Source: Schmidtea nova (Eukaryota). Taken from it: a DNA stretch of 64,000 nt. The notes beneath the pieces were generated by a model. The model searched no databases and was not told where the DNA came from. It was given only the letters and a program-made list of their open reading frames with translations. The DNA is taken from the NCBI GenBank assembly GCA_044892505.1, contig CM097882.1, positions 465,310,001 to 465,374,000 on the forward strand. The letters are read 5' to 3'. Numbering within the stretch: the stretch's first letter is position 1; each line of letters opens with the position of its first letter. The position numbers were made by a program, and so were the translations under genes. Of the stretch, positions 57,791 to 64,000 are shown piece after piece.

Positions 57791-58012
57791 ATGGGTCAAT
57801 CATTACCTAATTTAAATTTAAACTTTAAATCTTCTTGTTGTAATGGAGAAGATCTGGACGAACCCCAAAGACGACGCCGGTTTCGGTGGAGTCGAAAAGC
57901 TAAGGAAAAAAGTACAGAAGTCGAAACAACAGACACAAAGTTGGTTATCGGGGCAACTTGCATACAGTCTAAACAAACCGATTTTGAAACGGTTTCCAAC
58001 TCGAGCATATAA
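57791..58012 (+). CDS. Small MG-starting ORF overlapping the integrase start in another frame
   Basis: MGQSLPNLNLNFKSSCC..RRRRFRWSRK; ATG lies 3 nt after the upstream stop in AAACAATGG context. Confidence 0.4.
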   Translation: MGQSLPNLNLNFKSSCCNGEDLDEPQRRRRFRWSRKAKEKSTEVETTDTKLVIGATCIQSKQTDFETVSNSSI

Positions 58013-58892
58013 AACATATAGAATCAATGATTTGTGGCAAAGGGACTTGATGGAAATGATTCCGTATTCTGCTATTAACAAGGGATACAAGTATATTTTA
58101 ACATGTATTGATGTTTACGGTCGTTTTGCTCGAGCAATTGCAGTCAAATCTAAATCTGCTAATGACATGGCAATCGCTATTAAAACAATGATGAAAAAGG
58201 ATCGGCCAACTAATTTACAAACAGATTTGGGTAAGTTTAAATAGAAATATATATATATATATTTAATATTTTTTAGGAAAGGAATTTTACAACAGTAAAG
58301 TCAGGGAAGTTATCAAGGGAATAAATCATTATTCGGTATTCTCGCAATTCAAAGAAGCTCATGTCGAGAGATTTAATCGAACTTTGCGTGATCGATTGAA
58401 AAAATACTTTGTTTTAAAGGCAATAAAACCTGGATTAATGTTTTACCTCAAATGATTCACAGTTATAATCATAGTGCTCATCGGGGTATAAATGGTAGGA
58501 AACCGGTCAAAGTAGTTGATACTGAAAATATTTTGAGTGATACGAAAATAAAGAAACCAAAATATAAAATTGGTGATCATGTTCGAATTAGCAAAATTAG
58601 TGCATCGCCATTCATTAAAAATTTTGATAATAATTGGAGTGATGAGGTATATCAAATATCGAAAGTCAAAACAGTGCAGAATCCTTTCATGTATACTATT
58701 TGTGACTCTGATAACAATATAATCAGCGGGAAATTCTATGAACAAGAATTACAAGTTATTCCCCCGCCGACAATATTTAGAATTCAAAAAATCCTGAAAT
58801 CTAAAATGGTGGGTAAGAATAAACAATACTATGTCAAGTGGCATGGATATAAAGAACCATCATGGATATCATCAAAAAACCTAGTAAAATGA
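57843..58892 (+). pseudogene. Polinton retroviral-like integrase with chromodomain; one intron (58231-58276), one frameshift near 58413
   Basis: GFGGVEKL, LWQRDLMEM, YILTCIDVY, spliced LQTDLG|KEFYN, VERFNRTL, YKIGDHVRI, YYVKWHGY. Confidence 0.93.
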
Positions 58893-59915
58893 ATTTTTAT
58901 ATGATTCTACCTAGCAACAGTTGTCCAGATATACATCCAGATAATACTTCCAATAATTTCATGGTCAATCTCCAAAATCCGATGTATTTGGACGGGATTT
59001 GGGAAGTCGCTCTCTTAGACTTTACATTTGTGTATAATCCATTTCCATTTTACAGTAAATCAGAAATTCGGTACAAAAAGAAAACTATACATACAAAATA
59101 TAAAAATTTGATTATTACCAATCAATTTTGTGAAGTTGATATATCTAATCCTACCGATGATATTGCTCAAATAAGTAGCGATAGGCATTCTATTTATTTT
59201 ACCTGTGATCATTTTCCCTTCACTATAACATTTGATACTTTGGCAATGGCGAAAAGAATGTGGTTAACGAAACAGAGTATTGTAAGTCTTACAGATACAT
59301 ACAAGATACCGTTACCGGCATATGGTATAGATGGTCCATTAACGGAAACAAATTCGAATAAAGATAGAGTACAAGGATGATACTGCATTTATACATACAT
59401 TTGCTGATAATTTATACATATCGAAACTGGATGAAATGCAATCATATTTTATTCTAAATTTTGCAAGTATTTTTAAATTGTTGGAATTGGTAGATGATAC
59501 TTACTTCAAATTCAGTTTGAATGCAGATGTTAGCGAAATAACCTTTCACAATAACCTAGTAAAAACATTGGGATTATCGAAAGCAACATATGCTCAAGAT
59601 GGAAGCTTCACTGTTGGAGTAAATAAACCGAAAATAATTAAACTTCATCAGCAAATGTTCATTTACAGTAATATAGTCAATCCTATAATTGTTGGTGATT
59701 CATTAGTTCCCATGTTGAAATCTGTATGGATTGAAAAATATGAACAGGATGAGGTTGTTCAAATACAAGTTGAAAATCCAATGTACTTATCTGTTTCAAC
59801 ATCCTGTATAAACAATATAGAAATAAATATCCGAGATGATAGAGGTAATTTAATAAATTTTCCAAAAAATTCAAAAACTCATTTGACTCTACATTTTCGA
59901 AAACATCATGAGTAA
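58889..59915 (+). pseudogene. Minor capsid (penton) protein, frameshift near 59370
   Basis: FYMILPSNS..PDNT..F..L..P..L.G.WEVAL N-terminus and FIYSNIV..VGD..PMLK..IEINIRD..G..I.F..TLHFR C-terminus; ATG overlaps the integrase TGA. Confidence 0.85.
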
Positions 59916-60362
59916 TCCCAATATACTTAATTCCCGATGATACTTACTTCAAATTCAGTTTGAATGCAGATGTTAGCGAAATAACCTTTCACAATAACCT
60001 AGTAAAAACATTGGGATTATCGAAAGCAACATATGCTCAAGATGGAAGCTTCACTGTTGGAGTAAATAAACCGAAAATAATTAAACTTCATCAGCAAATG
60101 TTCATTTACAGTAATATAGTCAATCCTATAATTGTTGGTGATTCATTAGTTCCCATGTTGAAATCTGTATGGATTGAAAAATATGAACAGGATGAGGTTG
60201 TTCAAATACAAGTTGAAAATCCAATGTACTTATCTGTTTCAACATCCTGTATAAACAATATAGAAATAAATATCCGAGATGATAGAGGTAATTTAATAAA
60301 TTTTCCAAAAAATTCAAAAACTCATTTGACTCTACATTTTCGAAAACATCATGAGTAATCCC
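59493..60362 (+). repeat. Tandem duplication of the penton 3' half (427 bp x2, 16-nt filler)
   Basis: 59493-59919 equals 59936-60362; filler AATATACTTAATTCCC. Confidence 0.92.
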
Positions 60363-60716
60363 GATATAATTTCATTGTACAGTAATAGTCTAACTGGTGG
60401 CGGATTACCGTATTTTATAGGTAAACAGTATGGATCAGGCTGGTTGAAAACTATTGGAAGATTTGCACTTACACTACTTAAGCGACTGGGTAGTTTTGGA
60501 ATGAAAACTGCTAAAGATGTTATAATGAAAGATCAGAAAACTTTGCCTACATTGAAAACCAATGCTATGGAGGCTGTATCCAAGGCGATACCGTCAATTT
60601 CAAATATGTTTTCCAAAAATGAACCGGAACCTGAACCGGTAGGACCAAGACGTAAAAAGGTTAGAAAACGTATAAACAAACGAATGAAAGATCATGGAAC
60701 TATATTTGAAGAATGA
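60351..60716 (+). CDS. Conserved Polinton core-like protein
   Basis: LTGGGLPYFIGKQYGSGWLKTIGRFALTLLKRLG (LxGG site and amphipathic helix), basic C-terminus. Confidence 0.7.
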   Translation: MSNPDIISLYSNSLTGGGLPYFIGKQYGSGWLKTIGRFALTLLKRLGSFGMKTAKDVIMKDQKTLPTLKTNAMEAVSKAIPSISNMFSKNEPEPEPVGPRRKKVRKRINKRMKDHGTIFEE

Positions 60717-61934
60717 TTTGCGGTAAATCTGAATTATGTCTTTTTGATCGACCATCACCTCAAGCAGTTATTGAATATGGGGTGTTTGAAGATGTTTTTC
60801 CAATGAATTCTATTACAGATAGTAGAAATGATGTTGAATTTTACATTAATGGATCGGCAACCGAATATTTGGATTTGAACGATACTTTATTATCCGTTAC
60901 TGTCAAGGTTCTAGATAAAGATAAAAATAAATTAGTTGATGCGAGTGATGTAGTGCCTAATAATTACTTGTTTCATACTCTTTTCAAAGATGCGATTCTT
61001 GGATTTAATAATATAAAAATTGAAGGTGGAAACAATACATATGCACACAAGGCCATAATCGAAACTGTTTTAAATTATACTAGCGATACAAAAGAAACTT
61101 GTCTTACTCCAATGGGATATGGTTCATCTGATGATAGGAAAAAGTGGATCAAGGGATCTAAACTTTTCAACATGTGTTCATCATTACAACTCAATTTTAT
61201 GGATCAACCTAAATACTTACTTCCCGGAGTTAATGTACATATTAGATTGAAGAGATCTGAATCTTCATTATCATTGAAATCGGCAGCTAGGAAACCAATA
61301 ATCCAATTAGTAGACGCAAAATTAATGGTAAGAATAGTTCGATGTGAATCTTCAGTTTTGGCCGGTCATCAAATTGGTTTAAATAGTAAACATGCAATTT
61401 ATCCATTAAAATCCAAAGAAATCGTATCGTTTGCAATCGGTAAAGGGGCATCGTCATTTTACAAGGAGCAAAAAATTTGGAGATAGAAGAATGCCTAATT
61501 TCATTCTTTTGGCTTTTCAAACTGAAAATCAATATAATGGATCTTATACCGAGTCTGCATCTACATTCAAACATTTCAATGTGACTTCATTATCGTTATC
61601 GAAAAATACCGATTTTCGAGAAACTTATACTCAAGATTTTGAAAATGATAATTTTAGTGCCACATATATGCAAAGTCTTGTCAGAGATTTAGGATATTTG
61701 GATAAAAACTTGAATTGTGGTATAAGTCTGGATGAATTTAAAACTAAATATCCATTCTTTACATTTGTTCTCGCTCCCGATTTTGATTTGAATCAAAGTC
61801 AAATCCCTCAAAACGGAAATTTACGACTCGATATAAAGTTTGCAAAACCCATTGATGAACCGGTTCATGTAATAATATATGGAGGTTTTGAAAATGAAGT
61901 ACAAATTACTGCCAATCGAACAGTATTAGTTTGA
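60713..61934 (+). pseudogene. Major capsid protein (double jelly roll), frameshift near 61470
   Basis: CGKSELCLF..P..Q..IE..VEFYI.G..EYLDLNDT.L, MDQPKYLLPGV, C-terminal GNLRLDIKFAKP..V.VIIYG.FEN...I..NR.V. Confidence 0.9.
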
Positions 61935-61999
61935 GCAGAGCTCAAACATTGCTAGTTTAAGTTCAAACAGTATAAATGACCAAAGTTATTATTATTATC

Positions 62000-62351
62000 A
62001 TGGAGTAAGTTTTTTATTTGATTAATTATTTATTTTTAATTAGTTCTATTCAGGTATTACAACAAGGTAAAAAACTATTGGGAAATCAATTTATTGGAGT
62101 ATTTCCCCTAGATAAAATACCTTATTTGAAAATGAATCAAGCCATCATTGTAAATACATTGGATTGCAGTTTACGTGAAACCAGATCGAATACATGTATT
62201 TGATCCCTTTGGATATTATTATCCGAATTTACTTGTTCGAAAACTTCAAACTATTGGTAAACCTATTGTGTATAATAGAATTCGTTATCAACATCCTTTA
62301 ACAATCACTTGTGGTGAACATTGCCTTGCATGGTTGAATACAATGTTATAA
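62000..62351 (+). pseudogene. Adenain-like cysteine protease; putative intron 62005-62043; catalytic His segment missing
   Basis: Spliced MDSIQVL..FIGVFPLDKIP..IIVNT, then in a shifted frame VFDPFG..VYN..YQHPLTITCGEHC; no GxHW segment. Confidence 0.8.
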
Positions 62352-62386
62352 ACAATTTATTTTAATAAATTTTATTTGAAAAAAAA

Positions 62387-62790
62387 ATGTCTTGTTATTT
62401 TATCGATATTTATGGTTATAATGAAATGGGTGGAACAACAATTAAGGAATTATGTATTATGAATGTCAATAATATTTTCACACCCCAGTATTATATATAT
62501 ACAGTGATTTATCTTTCTGGCCTGATCGTATAGAATCGTTTGAAGGACAAGATTATTTTTGCCCAAAATGTATTATGGATGATATTACAGATAAAGGAGC
62601 TATTTTCTATGTTACAGATAATGAAAAGTTGCATGTTTTGAAGAAGTATTTCCTCAAATTAAGATTAATTAAATATAATTTTAAAGAAGTTGAATATGTT
62701 CCTGAAAACATCTTATGTCCCTATAAAGATCATTGTATGTGTGCCTATAAAGGGTGCTTTTCTGCTGTTGTAGATTATTTAAAACAATAA
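62387..62790 (+). pseudogene. Polinton accessory gene, possibly DEDD exonuclease-like, frameshifted
   Basis: YFIDIYGY..TIKELCI N-terminus, IFYVTDNEKLHVLKKYF, C-terminal CPYKDHCMCA. Confidence 0.45.
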
Positions 62791-63057
62791 ATGTATTATT
62801 TTGTGTTTTATTATTATTATTTTTATAAACTTGCAGAATTCACATCCAATTTACAGATTAACATCCATCTTTCGATAATCATATAGAAATTACATGCAGA
62901 TACGCATGCATACACTCAATATTTCACATGTAAATTTTTTTGGGTGTATCGACATCTGTATCTACACCCATCATTTATTTCATATACATTTTAGTCACGT
63001 AGTGTCTTTGTAACATTGCATCCGACATGCATCGTGCAACATAACAAAGACATGAAT

Positions 63058-63148
63058 CATACTTGGTGAGTGAATTTTAACACACATACTTGGTGAGTGA
63101 ATTTTAACACACACATACTAGGCGAGTGAATTTTAACACACATACTCG
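63058..63148. repeat. 27-29 bp tandem repeat, 3 copies
   Basis: Unit CATACTTGGTGAGTGAATTTTAACACA with minor variants. Confidence 0.85.
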
Positions 63149-63402
63149 GTGCATGATCAGTGCGTGATAAACGCGCGATATCATGTCTTTGTCACGATAC
63201 AAAGCAAGTATCATGACGTCAAACACATAAACAAAGTATATTGAGTGTGCAGTATGTGTGCATGTATTTGCCTATCCTATATCGATTGTGATTGGACGGG
63301 TAATAAAATTCATCTTTATATAGTATATACTTGCATTATTTCTTCACTTTTTACTCACAAATTTTTCAAGAATTTTAAATCAATTTATTTCGATACCTAA
63401 AT

Positions 63403-63776
63403 ATGAATAGTATGAATTTAAATATATCAAAACGGATCGTTGGAGGATTAAACGGTATAATTATTATTATTTTTATTATTATTATTATTAATTTATTACA
63501 GTTGTTAATATATCGAAAAATATGGCCAGACAATCAACAAAAGGACTCAGAAATGAATATTCTAATCTTGGTAAAATTAATAATTTTTTAAATTTCTTTA
63601 TTAATAAATTATTTTTTAGAAAATTATAACAATTTCAATGGTGTGGATATAGATGCACCGATTAATGATATGAATGATGTTATGGTTTATGCTATGAATG
63701 ATATCCCGGTTGATGCTATGAATGATGTTCCAAATGGACAGATGACTATGCAGAGTTTTAAAAACTCTAAAAAATG
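63403..63776 (+). CDS. Multi-exon Asn/Asp/Met-rich gene of unknown function (incomplete)
   Basis: GT-AG introns 63455-63501 and 63571-63619 join three exons into one open frame ending in MNDV/MNDI repeats. Confidence 0.6.
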
Positions 63777-64000
63777 TAATTATTTATTTTTATTTTTTTA
63801 TATAATAATAATAATTATTTTTTTATTATTTTTAATTAATTCATTTGTTATTATTATTTAATATATTAATATATATTTTTTATGATGAAATGATTTTTTT
63901 TATTATTATTAACATGATGTAATAATAATGATTATTTAAATTATTAAATGAAGAAAAGATTAAATATGAAGAAGAAAATTGTATGATGAAGAAATTTTTT

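Larger units (their letters stand above)
53304..64000 (+). mobile_element. Polinton/Maverick (adintovirus-like) element, defective; pPolB not in window
   Basis: Syntenic packaging ATPase, integrase with chromodomain, penton, core-like proteins, major capsid and adenain-like protease, most of them frameshifted. Limits not defined. Confidence 0.92.

Noticed and set aside
63058-63148. CRISPR-like array (also 8530-8669)
   Set aside because: Head-to-tail tandem repeats without unique spacers, eukaryotic context, no cas genes.

Overview
AT-rich eukaryotic (invertebrate-like; 39-52 nt AT-rich GT-AG introns) genomic DNA made almost entirely of mobile elements, with two assembly gaps and no recognisable cellular gene. 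The main find is a 13.2 kb Ty3/Gypsy LTR element on the minus strand (5532-18700) with near-identical LTRs, a CGGA TSD and a tRNA-Phe-like PBS. Its layout is highly unusual: Gag ends in a ubiquitin-like domain; a second polyprotein starts at a TAATG stop-start overlap and reads AT-hook, Bcl-2-like domain, signal anchor, chuvirus-type fusion glycoprotein, protease, RT, RNase H, integrase, signal peptide, FN3-like membrane protein; a third ORF has a degenerate DEDDh exonuclease fold and runs through the PPT into the 3' LTR. This copy is defective (one nonsense codon, one frameshift, integrase core deleted). Also present: a defective Polinton/Maverick (53.3-64 kb) with a TBP-like gene and spliceosomal introns, a dispersed family of LTR-like repeats with antisense coiled-coil/Arg-rich ORFs (4 copies), an intact Merlin transposase, a degenerate RLE non-LTR element, MULE and several hAT elements (one triple nest), a piggyBac-type MITE and a 555-aa orphan ORF. 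All domain calls come from motif recognition by eye and need profile or structure searches.
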